64,000 bases of DNA from assembly GCA_963755915.1 (NCBI GenBank), contig CAVWLP010000002.1:2880001-2944000 (forward strand). The letters run 5' to 3'. Numbering within the stretch: position 1 is the stretch's first letter; each line of letters opens with the position of its first letter. A program made the translations under genes and the position numbers. Below, piece after piece: positions 1 through 11,635 of this stretch. The DNA is from an uncultured Phycisphaerales bacterium. Lineage in GTDB: Bacteria > Planctomycetota > Phycisphaerae > Tepidisphaerales > Tepidisphaeraceae. Below the pieces are notes generated by a model that saw only the letters and a program-made list of their open reading frames with translations, ran no database searches and had not been told where the DNA came from.

Positions 1-2811
1 TCTCGAAAACGCCGCGCGCGCCCGCCTCCACCGGCCCAAGCCAGTCGACAACGCGCTTCACACCCTGCACGACATCCGCTGGCAGCGGTCCCGCGCGGTT
101 TTTCCACTGCGTCTCCCATTTCTGCCGGTCCTCCTCGCTGCACGCGCCGATCAAAACCAGGTGCTCCCGCGCCCGCGTCATGGCCACATAAAGCAGCCGC
201 AGTTCCTCCGACATCGTCTGCCGCGTGAGACTCTGCCGCACCAGCGTGGAAGCAAGCGATGGATAGCGGATCAGCCGCCGCTCATCGACGACATCCATCC
301 CCAGCCCCATCTCCCGGTCCACCAGGATCGACCCGCGCACATCGGACACATTGAATTGCTTCCCCAGGTCCGGCAAAAAAACCACCGGAAATTCCAGCCC
401 CTTCGACCGGTGAATGCTCATGATCCGCACCGCCCCGCGGCTCTGCGGCGCGGCCGAGGGCCGGCGGATGTCCGTCTCTTCCGCCAGGCTTTGCATGAAT
501 CTCAGAAACCGATGCAGACCCTGCCGCAGAAACGTCCCAAACTGCGCCGCCCGATCGTGCAGCTCCAGAAGGTTCGCCACCCGCTGCGAACCATCCTCCA
601 ACGCAGCGCAAAAACCAAGATACCCCGTCTCCTGGTAAATCCGCCAAAGCGTCTCGGCAACCGGGCGCTTGTTGGCGGCATCGCGCGATTCCCCAAGCCG
701 GTTCTGAAAATCACGCAGAAACGCCCCCAGCTCGTCGTCTATTTCGGAATATCTGCTCACCGCCTCATGAAACGGCACCGTTTCACCAGGAAACGCCAGC
801 CGAATCCGCGCCAGACAATCATCCGCATCCGGCAAACCGCAGATCGGCGAGCGCAGCAGGGCGGCCAGGGGAATGTCCTGCTTCTGGTTATCCAGGATTT
901 GCAGCAGCGAAAGGATGTCGCGCACTTCCGTCGCCTCGAAAAGTCCGCCCCCCGCTTCATTGTGAACTTCGATCCCATGCGCAGGATGACATCCGCAAAG
1001 CGATCCGCCTTTTTCCGCATCGTGCGCAGGAGAATGACAATGTCCCCCAGCTCGATCGGATGCATGGCCTCCTCGCGGAAAACGTGCATCTGTGGCGAAC
1101 CCTCCAACCCCATCATCTCGCGAATCCGCCGGGCGATGAGCATCGCCTCGTAATCGACCCGCTCAAGCTGCTGCGCCGAAACCTCGTCGCCGTCGGGAGT
1201 GCCCGGATCATCCGGCAAAAAATGCAGCTCAATCGGCGAACCCTTGAACGCGGGAAGCCCCCCGGCGTCCGGGAAGCTCAGCCCCGGCATGAGCCGATGC
1301 GACTGGTCATACTCGATCTCCGCCGCGTCGCGCGTCATCAGCTTTTCAAACACCGAGTTGATCGCCCCCAGAAGCGGCGCCCGGCTCCGGAAATTCTCGC
1401 GCAGATCGATTACCTGCCCCGCGCCCTCCTTTTCCCGAAACCGCCGATGCCGATCCAGAAACCTCAGCGGCTCCGCCAGCCGAAACCGGAAAATGCTCTG
1501 CTTCACGTCCCCCACGCAAAACAGATTCGCCCTGCGCTCGTCGAGACATTCCGTGCTCACCAGCCGAAGGATCGCGTCCTGGATCGGATTGATGTCCTGA
1601 TACTCATCGACCAGCACATGCCGAAACTGCACGTGCAGCGCCTTCGCCAGCGCCGACGGGCGATCGCTCTCCCCCTCGCGCAGAATTTTCAGCGCCAGTT
1701 GCTCCAGGTCGGAGAAATCCAGCGCCCGGTCGGCCGACTTGGCGGCCGAGTATTCTGTCCCAAAATCCACCACCAGAGACAAAAACGCCTGCGCGTGCGG
1801 CGCGATCCGCTCCATCCCATTTCGCCACTGTGCGCTGTCACAAGCCAGCAGCGCCTCCAGCGGCGATCTGTCGACCGCGCGCTTGATCTCCTCAATCAGC
1901 GACTTGGCCAGCTCTTTTCCGTCCACCTCTCCCTTGATCGCCGGCAGCCTGGGCCGATTCGCCCGGAAATCACGCACCTCGCTGACCAGGCTGTCGAGAC
2001 CATCCTCGTGAAGCACTTTCTGAAAATGCTCGAAAAACGGCCGAAGCTCCTCCACATGCTCCCCATAACGACCAAGCCCCGGCCCCAACCCCGCGATCGT
2101 CCCCGCGACGTCATCGCATTTCCGGATCAGGTTCGCCAGCGCGTCGTCGATTTGTGCCAGCAGATCGCGCCCCAACTCCGATTCCTCCAGCGGCGCCTCC
2201 GCGGCCTGTCGCATCGCGGCGGCGCTCTCCGCGATCCATCGTTTCGGATCGGTAAGGCTTGCGAGAAGTTCATGCGTCGAGATCACCCGCTCGATCAGCC
2301 GCTGGTCCTCCCCGTCGCCATACGCGTCGATCAGCCGATGAAAATCGCCCGAAGCGTCCGATTCATACCGCCGATGAAAAAGATCGGTCGCGATTTCGGC
2401 GCACAGCAGCGCCGCCTCATCCGCATCCAGAATAGCAAACGCCGGATCAACCCCCGCCAGCGTGAAATTCTGTTTCAGCAGCCGGTGGCAAAATCCGTGA
2501 AGCGTGCTGACGTGCGCGTGCTGCGCCAGCTTCACCTGCCGGGCCAGCCGCGGCGAAGGCTGATCCAAAAGCTTCTGACGCAGCGCCTTCTGGATGCGCG
2601 CTTTCATCTCCGCCGCCGCCGACTCCGTAAAAGTAACCACCAGAAGTTGATCGATGTCGCACGGATTCCCCGCATCGCACACCAGATGCGCACATCGCTG
2701 CGCCAAAACAGCCGTCTTCCCCGAACCAGCCGCGGCGCTGACGAGGATGCTCTGCCCCACGCGCTCGATCCCCTCGCGCTGCCGCGGCGTCCATTGAATC
2801 GCCCCGCTCAT
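1..2811 (-). CDS. addA: AddA helicase/nuclease subunit (UvrD-like); frameshift near 977; runs off the window start
   Basis: SAAAGSGKT Walker A, VDEYQD, VGDVKQSIFRFR, ENFRS. After the shift, the other frame gives EVRDILSLLQILDN, IMSIHRSKGLEFPVV and EELRLLYVAMTRAR. Confidence 0.92.
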
Positions 2812-5800
2812 CGCTCCCCTCCCTGCTCCTCCATCACCCGCGCCAGCATTTCCGTGCGCGATCGGCTTAAGATCGTCATAACAACCCGGCGCCGGTTCCA
2901 GCCGGCATCAGCGCCCGGAACTCGCAGCGCGGGCACGGGGTCTCCGTTCCGATACGATAGGGCCGAATGTCAATCCGTCCGCCGATGATCTCATCCGCGA
3001 TCTGTCCTATCCGCGCCTCAACATGCCGGAGCAGCGCCGCAAATTCCCCGCTGCTGGCGGCATCCGATTTATCCGGATGCCCAACTCCGCCGTCGCGCTT
3101 CAAATAAAGTTGCACGACCTGCGAGTAACCTTCCGTCAGCTCGCGATCCAACTCCCGCGCAATCCGCAAGTCGAAAATCCCCCGCGGCTTCACCTGCAGA
3201 TGAAATTCCGGCTCCTCTGGAGAAAGCGCCTCCCCAGGATCACCCGCGCGAACCGGTCGCAAAAGCTGAACGCAAAACGCCGCGCTGGGCGAGAGCTTCG
3301 CATCTTTGATCACCCCCGGCCCCAGCTTTTCCAGCACCAGCAGATTCACCAGCAACCGCAGGCAAAGCCCGTGATACACCTCGGCCGCGCTCGGCGCACT
3401 GCCCCGCATCCGGTAGTCAATCGCGCACGCCGATCCGTCTTTCAGCAGATCGACCCGATCGATTTTCCCCGCAAGCTCCACGCGATTTCCCCCCGGCGTG
3501 GCGATCTCGACCGCCGGGTTCGCATCCCCATCTCTTCCAAAACGCAAGTTCACCAGCCGCGGCCGAAACTCGCCGCGCCCGGCCGCCGCTTTCTGCGCCT
3601 CGGCCACCAGTTTCACCGTCCGCTGGACGAAATCCACCAGATACCGATTCCGCGCCTCCGAAAGCATCAGCTCTTCCCCAAGCTGATCGCGAATTTGCCC
3701 CGTCAGTCGCTCCACGGATGCCGCATCGAGGTCATTCCACGATTTCTGCGCATCGATCAGCTCCCGCACCAGCCGCTGCAAAATCTCCCGGAAAACCCGC
3801 GTTAGATCCCCACGGCCAAATTCCCGCGTCTTGCGCTCCGATAGCTTCAATCCATACCGCGCAAAGTGCTGATAAGGGCACATCCGAAACGATTCCAACT
3901 GATACGCATCCGCGCGAAGCGGCGAAGGAAACAATTCCCCCGCCCGCTTCCCATCGATCTTCGCCTCATTCCGATAGCTTAGCGCCTTCCACGCCGACCT
4001 CCGCGCAAAGTCGATCGCATCATCGCACGGCGGATGCTCCGCCAGCCATTGATACACCGGCCCCCACTCCCCATCCGCCGCCCCCGATTTCACCCAGTTG
4101 ATCAGCGACCCCACCAGTTGCCGCGGCGTCGCGATCAGTTGCAGCGGAAGACCATCCTCGCGCGGAACCGGCTTCGCCTTCCCTCCCGCTTCGAGCCAAA
4201 GCGACGATCCCTCCACTTCTCTCCCCGCTTCATCCGTAAGACTGCGCGTCAGCAGCAGCTTCTCCTTCGCGCGTCATCGCGACATACCCCAAAAAATTCT
4301 CATCGAGCAGCCGTCGCGACGAATCCGGATTCAGCTCGATCCGGTGCCTGCCCAGATTCCGCCGATCCGCATCCGTAAAAATCGAATCCTCCCCCGCCGA
4401 CCGCGGAAATTGCCCTTCCGACAACCCCAGCACAACGCACGCCTTCACCCGCGGCGTACGCGTCCGATCCACCGCCCCCACCAGCACCTGATCCACGGTA
4501 GGGGGGGTGAGCGCAAGATCGAACCCCTCCAGCGCCGAATCCAGCATCGCGGAAAAATCCTTGAGAGAAATGACCTCCGACCCAAACAAATCCACCAGCT
4601 CATCAAAAAGCGTCACCGTCTCATCCCAAACCCGCTCATGCTCGCCGGCTTCTTCCAGCCGCCCGGCCGCGGTAGCGTCATCGATCCACCGGACGATTTT
4701 GCCCCGACATTCAAATCCTTCCAGCAACCGGAACACTGCCGCCGCAAGATCGCGCACCGTTGCGTCTTTCTTTCTCACCCCCGCAACAAACGGCCCCAGC
4801 CGCTCCACCAGCCGCCGCCGAATTGCATCCATCTTCGCCGCTTCATCGATCGCGATCGGGTCGTCCTCATCCCGCCGCCGCCCCGTCCAATTTTTTTCGG
4901 TCGACCAGACGTTGTGATCGATCCCGCGCCAAAGCACATAATTCTCCAGCCCATCCGCGTCAGCCGGACTGAGGCCAACCAGCGCAGTCTTGATCACCCC
5001 CATCATCGCATCATGCGACCAGTTGGTGATCGCCACCGCCAGCGCCGCCCGAATCAGCCGCACCAGCGGATAATGAGACGCCGTGCGCCGCTCGTCCATG
5101 AAGAGTGGAATCTGATGCTCGGCAAACGAGGCCTGAAGAATGTGGTGATATTCCTCCGGGCTCCGCATCAGTACGACAATGTCCCGAAACCGCATCCCGT
5201 CGGACACAAGCTTGCGAATCCACCGCGCCGCCCCATCCACTTCCGCCTGCCGGTCGGGCGCCTCCACAAGCAGCGTGTCGACTTTTGCATCCACGCCAGA
5301 CTTGCCCAGCAGAACCGCCTCCGAGATTTTCACCCCGCCCTCGCTCAGCGCAAACCACAACTGCCGATAACCCATTTCACTTCGATAAAACAGGCTCATT
5401 TCATCCGGCAGATGATCCGGCTTCTTCAAAATCTCGCTCTCAGGGTCCATCGTGAACGTAACCGCCAATGACTTACACACCTTCCCCAGCGCCGCCACAA
5501 CCTTCCGCTCCGACCCGGTAAAATCGTAAAACGAATCCAGAAAAATTTCCGACTCCCTCACCGACTCGCAATCCCCGATCGCTTCCAGCGCCTCATCCAA
5601 TCGCCGCTTCGGATCGAGCCGATCCTGCCCCAGAAATTTCCGGTATTCCGAATAGATCAGCGCCAAATCGTGAATCTTCGCCCGCAGCGCCGTAGTCGCA
5701 GCCGACGACTCGATTTGATTTTGAATAGCATCCGCATCCTGCCCCGCCCGCTCCAATTCCCCAAGCGTCGCGTCGAGTTGAGCAGCGACCCCCGGCTTAT

Positions 5801-6143
5801 TCGCCACCGACCCAAAGAATTTCAACTTCCCCCCTAACTCGCGCAGCAGATGCCCCAGAATCATCCGCCTTCCGCGATCGGTTATCTCCGGCCGCGCGAT
5901 CCCTCCGCACTCCGCCAAAATCTCATCCCCCAACTCCTCCAGCGAAATCACCCGCGCACGAAAATATCCGCCCAGCCCCGTCGCCGCCGCCAGCTGCCGC
6001 TGGGCGATGAACGTCGCCTGCCGTGGCAAAATCCAATAGACCGGCGGCCCCAGCGGATCCTTCCGAATCGCCTCGACAATCCGATCCAGGCACCATTTTG
6101 TCTTGCCCGCTCCAGCGCGACCGATGACAAATGTTACCGCCAT
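2808..6143 (-). CDS. addB: AddB subunit; frameshifts near 4270 and 2910
   Basis: N-terminal FVIGRAGAGKT, YVAMTR, CPYQHFARYGLKL, GKIDRVD...IDY nuclease motif, C-terminal Fe-S cysteines PCPRC. Stop overlaps the addA start (ATGA). Confidence 0.9.
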
Positions 6144-6191
6144 GAGGGCAAACAATAACCTAACATCGCAGAAAAGTCGATTTCGATTTGA

Positions 6192-6693
6192 TCACGGAAA
6201 CCCCGCAACCAAAATAATCCCCAGCATCACCACCCCAATTGCCATCTTCAGCACAACGCCCACGAGCCTTCCCTTCGCCGCTCCCACTCCCACGCGAAAC
6301 GCCAGGTTCGGATTGGCCGATCCCAAAAGTTCAAAGCTCGCCGCCCCCACAAAACTCCCGATGCAGATCCCAACAATCGTCAGCACGACCGGCAAAACAA
6401 AACTCCCCACAATTCCCCCCACGATCCCCCCAAGAATCGCCCCCACCGCGCTATTCGTCCCTCCCCCCGCGCTTCGCCATCGCCCCGCCCGCCGTGTAGT
6501 CCAAAACTTCCCCGCCCAGGCTCAGCACAAACAGCGCGATCAAACTATCGCGCCCCACAAAATGCGTATGCGTAAGCAGCGCATACACCGCGCAAGCCGC
6601 CGTCATCACCCACAGCCCCGGCAACGTCACAGCCACCAGCCCCAGCGACCCGAAGCAAATCAGGATGAGCAGAATGTAATAAACCCAGGCCAA
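6192..6693 (-). CDS. DUF456-like membrane protein, frameshift near 6465
   Basis: Two hydrophobic ORF halves (LPGLWVM...GEVLDY and GAILGGIVGGIVG...GSFVGA) that join into one membrane protein. Confidence 0.7.
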
Positions 6694-6834
6694 TCTGGCC
6701 GCACTATCCCCGAAAAATGCCCCCGCTGCCACCCGCGCCGCATGCTCATCCCGATTCCCCCGCCCCCGGTATTCCGGCCTTCGGCTCTGAGGCTCAGGCT
6801 CGAAGAGGGGAGGGTTGGGGGGGGTCATGTTGGT

Positions 6835-8748
6835 TTACCTCGTGAGAACAATTAGCGTATACGGCCCAATCCCCACATTCCCCTGTTGCGCCAGCCCATC
6901 CATCCCCGGCCCGCCCGCCGTCGTGTTGTAGCTGTTCACCGACCCAAAATCGTTCAAATCGCTGTAATCATTCGAGTCGCTGTTCAGCCGCACGTTCCAC
7001 GCCCCCGAATACGGAAACCCGATCGTATAGCTCGGAAAGCTCGTATCGGAAAAATTCGCCACCACCACCACGTCGTCGATCCCCGCCCCCTGGTCCCACC
7101 GCTGCCAGGCCAGCACTTTCGAATCCGTATCGACGTGAAAAACATTCAGCCCCGACCCGCACAATCCCGGCGTCGTCTGCCGCAGTTGAATCATGTCGTG
7201 ATAAAACTGAAAAAGCTTCGGCCACTGCTTCAGCAGATCGAAATTCATCATCGTCCCAGGAACCACCGGCGTCCCCGCGCTCCCCGGGCTCCACAACCGC
7301 GTATCCAAAAGTTCCGCCCCCTGAAAAAACATCGGAATCCCCGGCGTCGCCAGCACCACCGCGAATCCCAGCATCGATTTCTTCCTCGCATACCAGCTCG
7401 TCGGATTCCCCGGATCGATCAGCGCCGGCACCCGCCCCGCGTCCGCCTGGTCGTGCGATTCCAGATAAATCACCCGCTTCCAGACGTCCCCTTCAAATGG
7501 GTTTTGCATTGCACTGGCGATCGCCCCCACATCAACATTGCTATCCTGCGCCTGCGTCAGTCCATTCCGCAGCGCCCACATCAGATCCGTATCCCATTGC
7601 GCATCAAACCCCGCGCCGCCTCCGGAAGTCGCCGACGTGATCGCCGCATCACCATTCAGATCCTCCGCGATCGTCAGCTTCCACGGCGTGGCCGCATTCA
7701 CCTGGTTGTTTACCGCCTGCATCAGTTCCCATCCGAAATTCTCTTGAACCCCAATATCTGTCCCCACACAGGTGTCATTGCAGTTCCCCTGCCGCTTACG
7801 AATGCAGATCGTCGAATCAAACCGCACCCCGTCAAACTGATATTCATTCAGCCACATCATCGCATTATCGACCAGGAACTGCGTCACCGCCGGACGCCCA
7901 TAGTTCGGCCGCGGCCCCCAAGGCGTCCGCATCTCATCCATATCCGAATAAAAGAAAATCCCGCACAGCCCGTCGTTCCACCCATCCCATTGATAAAGCG
8001 AATACGGAAACGGTGTGCCGCCGCCGATCGACACATCCAGATGGTTAAAAACCACGTCCACAAAAACGCTGATCCCCGCATCGTGCAGCGCCTGCACCAA
8101 CCGCTTGAAATCCTCCGGCGACCCATAATCCCGCTCCAGCGCAAACGGAAGCACCGGGTCATACCCCAGCGAAAGCGCCGACGCGAATTCCACGAACGGC
8201 AAAAGCTGCACACAGTTGATCCCCAGCTTTTTCAGATAAGAAATCTGCCGGATCAGATCATCAATTTTGTTCGCCGCCCCGATCGTCGGGTTATAAAACG
8301 TCCCGATGTGAATCTGATAAATCACCAGTTGCCGCCACCCCGGCGCCTGAAACGCTTTGCCCCACGTAAAATCCCGGCTCGTCACCACCGATCGCGCATC
8401 GCTGTCGTCCTGCGACGCGTCCGTCCAATTCGGATAGACAATCGACCGCGCCTGCGGATCGACGCGATCGTAAACCGTTCCCCCCGGACCGGTGACTTCA
8501 TACCGGTAGTTGGTCCCCTCGCTAATCCCCGGGATATAAACCGACCAGACATTACTGCCATACCCCCCGGCCGCGCTGTCCGCAGCCATTGCGGTCAAAG
8601 TCGTCGTGGCGTCCGCATTCCAGGTCTTGACCGAGATGGCGCTTGCGAACAGCGCCCAGGCCCGAAACGTGCATCCCCCCGAATCCGGAAAGCACCCCAT
8701 TACGTTGGCAACCGGGCTGGGCGCGGTAACTGAAGTGATCGCGCTCAT
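6835..8748 (-). CDS. GH13 alpha-amylase family enzyme (branching enzyme/TreZ-like) with N-terminal CBM48-like domain
   Basis: TFRAWA, VIYQIHIGTF, LGYDP, DVVFNH, GVRFD (nucleophile), AED, SHD motifs. Confidence 0.85.
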   Translation of the reverse strand: MSAITSVTAPSPVANVMGCFPDSGGCTFRAWALFASAISVKTWNADATTTLTAMAADSAAGGYGSNVWSVYIPGISEGTNYRYEVTGPGGTVYDRVDPQARSIVYPNWTDASQDDSDARSVVTSRDFTWGKAFQAPGWRQLVIYQIHIGTFYNPTIGAANKIDDLIRQISYLKKLGINCVQLLPFVEFASALSLGYDPVLPFALERDYGSPEDFKRLVQALHDAGISVFVDVVFNHLDVSIGGGTPFPYSLYQWDGWNDGLCGIFFYSDMDEMRTPWGPRPNYGRPAVTQFLVDNAMMWLNEYQFDGVRFDSTICIRKRQGNCNDTCVGTDIGVQENFGWELMQAVNNQVNAATPWKLTIAEDLNGDAAITSATSGGGAGFDAQWDTDLMWALRNGLTQAQDSNVDVGAIASAMQNPFEGDVWKRVIYLESHDQADAGRVPALIDPGNPTSWYARKKSMLGFAVVLATPGIPMFFQGAELLDTRLWSPGSAGTPVVPGTMMNFDLLKQWPKLFQFYHDMIQLRQTTPGLCGSGLNVFHVDTDSKVLAWQRWDQGAGIDDVVVVANFSDTSFPSYTIGFPYSGAWNVRLNSDSNDYSDLNDFGSVNSYNTTAGGPGMDGLAQQGNVGIGPYTLIVLTR

Positions 8749-8856
8749 AAAATTAGCAAGCGACTACATTAGCGGCCGATTCCGCCCCAAGTGTGACCGC
8801 CCCTGCAATAGATTGCAAAAATATCGTCCTTCAGCGACAGGACCGATCGGACATTT

Positions 8857-11412
8857 TCATTCCAACGTTCCGCGCGTCACCCCAAACTGGTTGAGCACCC
8901 TCAACTGCCGCCACGCCGTCCGCGGAGCCTCGATCCCCGCCAGCACCCGCGCATACCGGTCTAGCACCGGGCTAACCTCTCCCTCATCGTGTCGCAACAA
9001 TTCCACCCGAAAATGGCGCAAACCGCTCTCCAGCATCCGCGGCACAAACTCCGCCGCCGATTGCGCCGACCCGTTGTAAACCGTATTCCTGCACCCCACA
9101 TCCGCCACCAGCGGATGCGGCGTCCCCGCCCGGTCCTTCAATTCCACCTTGTGCGACTCGCAAGGCCTCCCGCAGTCGCGGTAATCCTTCCCATTCGAAA
9201 GCGTGTGCGCAAACACACAATGCTCCATGTGAAACATCGGCATATGCTGATGAATCACCACTTCAAACATCTCCACCGCGAACCGCCCCAGCATCGCCGA
9301 AAGCTGCGCCCAGTTCAGGTCATAGCTCGGCGTCATTCGCCTCACCCCATGCCGCATCAAAATCGCCGCCGTCAATTCATTCGAAACATTCAGCGAATAA
9401 TCCGCGACGAGAGGAATCTCCGGACACAGCTCCCGATAAAGACAAAGCCCCGCCAGATTGCGAATCAGAATCAGATCCGGCCCCGCCGCCGCGACGAGCT
9501 TCAGCAGCCCCTGCTCCGGCGGCTTCACGATCCGAATCGTTGCCAGCCCAATCTTCACCCCCGCATCCCGCGCCATCCGTACCGCCTCCGGATATTTGCG
9601 AATGTCCTCCAATTCGCAGTAAACCGCCGCCAGCTCAACAAGATCGGTAGGGGGCCTCCACTTCACCGCCGTCCGAAGCTGCTCCATCGTCCGCGCCAAT
9701 ACATACAACTGCGGCTTTTCCCCCATTTCCCCCTCTCCCGGTACTCTGGGAGAGGGCAGGGGTGAGGGCCTGCAATCATTTTCGAAACAAGTTGCAGTTG
9801 CCCGTCGCATTTCCTCCAGCCCATCCGCATTGATGATTCGCGCGTTCCCTTCCCTCATCCGCAAAATCTCCCCACTTGCCCGCCTCCGCAAATCGTTCAG
9901 CACACTCTTAGGAATCATCACCGCCGGAAACTCCGCCCCCGCGTCCCCATTCACAAAAACCTCCCCCAACTCCAGCGGCGTATCCCCCAGCCGCCCAAAC
10001 TGCTCCCGAAAAATCTCCCGCGTCATCGGGAATTTGATCGCACACTCAAGCTCGCGCTCCCATCCCACTTCCACCCGATTCCCCGATTCATCTCTTACCG
10101 AAATTCCCAGCGGCTTCCCCTCAATCGCAGTCACGTTCACGCAAATCGCCACCCGCCGTGCCACCCGGTCCCGGCTGAACGAATGCTCCAGCCGCTTGCG
10201 GATTTCCGGATCATCCGTCTTCCACACGATCGACCCCATCGACACCGCAGGCAGGCTTACGTCCCCGCGGTAAAACCCAATCGCAATCCGTCCGCCGCCG
10301 CCCGGCTCCGCGCTGACGATCCGCCCTCCCTGTTCATCCTGTTCCGGATGCCCCTCATCAAAGACAACCCCGTCCCCGATTTTCAGATTCGCCCCGCGCT
10401 CCAGTTGCACGAATATTCCCCGCTCCGATTTACCCACCACGCTCCCCGCCCTCACCCCCCGGCTCTTGGGAAACCGCGCGTGTACCAGCCGCTGATGATT
10501 CACCCCATCCAGAAACCCATGCGTAAACCCGCGCGAAAAGCTCTGCGCCAAATCCATCCGCTGCTGCGCGGATGGATCAAACTGCCGCGCCTCCCTCACC
10601 GCATCCACCGCCGCGCGGTACACCTGCGTCGTCGCCGCCACGTAATGCGCGCTTTTCAGCCTCCCCTCGATTTTCAAACATTTCACCCCGATCTCCGCAA
10701 GTTCCTTCACCAGGTCAAACGCCGCCAGGTCCTGCGGGCTGAGCAGATACGCCTTGTCCCCCATCTCCCGCCGATTCCCATCCACGATCAGATCGTAAGG
10801 CAGCCGGCAAGCCTGCGCACACTGCCCACGATTCGCACTCCTTTGCCCAATCGATTCGCTGGTCAAACACTGCCCGCTATACGAAACGCACAATGCCCCA
10901 TGCACGAACACTTCCACCGGAACCGCGCTTTCGGCCGCGATCTTCGCGATATCCCCGGTCGAAAGCTCCCGCGCCAGAATCACCCGCCCCACGCCCAGCG
11001 ACCGCACAAATTCCACCCCCAGCGGCTCCGTCAGCGTCATCTGCGTCGACCCATGCACCGCCAACTCCGGGCAAATCCGCTGCGCCAGCTCCGCCAACCC
11101 CAAATCCTGCACGATAATCGCATCCGCCCCGGCCGCCGCAATCGCCTCAACAAACCGCGCCGCTTCCTCCAACTCATCCGAAAAGATCAGCGTATTCATC
11201 GCAACATATCCGCGCACGTTGAGATGATGCAGAAACGTCATAATCTCCGGCAATTCCTCAACCGAAAAATTCGCCGCCCGATGCCGCGCATTAAACGCCG
11301 AAAGCCCAAAGTAAACCGCATCCGCCCCATTCGCCACCGCCGCGCGCATCGCCTCCCAGTCCCCGGCGGGGGAGAGCAACTCAGGACCGTTCATCTCTTC
11401 GGTCTTCGACAT
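8857..11412 (-). CDS. U32 family protein with DUF3656 region (RlhA-like RNA hydroxylase family)
   Basis: PELLSPAG, GADAVYFG, EVFVHGALCVSYSGQC, NRGQCAQACRLPY, KIEGRLK. Confidence 0.88.
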   Translation of the reverse strand: MSKTEEMNGPELLSPAGDWEAMRAAVANGADAVYFGLSAFNARHRAANFSVEELPEIMTFLHHLNVRGYVAMNTLIFSDELEEAARFVEAIAAAGADAIIVQDLGLAELAQRICPELAVHGSTQMTLTEPLGVEFVRSLGVGRVILARELSTGDIAKIAAESAVPVEVFVHGALCVSYSGQCLTSESIGQRSANRGQCAQACRLPYDLIVDGNRREMGDKAYLLSPQDLAAFDLVKELAEIGVKCLKIEGRLKSAHYVAATTQVYRAAVDAVREARQFDPSAQQRMDLAQSFSRGFTHGFLDGVNHQRLVHARFPKSRGVRAGSVVGKSERGIFVQLERGANLKIGDGVVFDEGHPEQDEQGGRIVSAEPGGGGRIAIGFYRGDVSLPAVSMGSIVWKTDDPEIRKRLEHSFSRDRVARRVAICVNVTAIEGKPLGISVRDESGNRVEVGWERELECAIKFPMTREIFREQFGRLGDTPLELGEVFVNGDAGAEFPAVMIPKSVLNDLRRRASGEILRMREGNARIINADGLEEMRRATATCFENDCRPSPLPSPRVPGEGEMGEKPQLYVLARTMEQLRTAVKWRPPTDLVELAAVYCELEDIRKYPEAVRMARDAGVKIGLATIRIVKPPEQGLLKLVAAAGPDLILIRNLAGLCLYRELCPEIPLVADYSLNVSNELTAAILMRHGVRRMTPSYDLNWAQLSAMLGRFAVEMFEVVIHQHMPMFHMEHCVFAHTLSNGKDYRDCGRPCESHKVELKDRAGTPHPLVADVGCRNTVYNGSAQSAAEFVPRMLESGLRHFRVELLRHDEGEVSPVLDRYARVLAGIEAPRTAWRQLRVLNQFGVTRGTLE
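9729..9770. repeat. Dispersed palindromic box repeat (CCCCTCTCCC-GGTACTCC-GGGAGAGGG...GGGTGAGGG), in-frame copy; relatives at 6757-6826, 33307-33345, 37633-37672, 55329-55371, 61160-61200, 62231-62272
   Basis: Same hairpin plus G-rich tail seen by eye at each position. Confidence 0.8.
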
Positions 11413-11635
11413 CTATTTGGCGAATGATACACCGTCACCCGCCGCCGTTCACTTTCGATCCTCACTAAATAGCAATCTGATTTTCTTGGCGTCTTGGCGG
11501 TTAAAAATCTTATAACCGCCAAGAAACTATGAAGCCGAGCCTTTCTCGGGACGTGAACGGGGTCAAAATGCCCCAAGTATGAACGAGCGTACCGCGTAGG
11601 TCGCTCAAACGTCTTTTTTGAGAAAGGACTCGGCA

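Noticed and set aside
1060-8733. Long plus-strand ORFs (1060-2988, 4098-5471, 6886-8733) and similar antisense ORFs elsewhere
   Set aside because: They are shadows of well-supported opposite-strand genes in GC-rich DNA, Arg/Pro-rich with no motifs.
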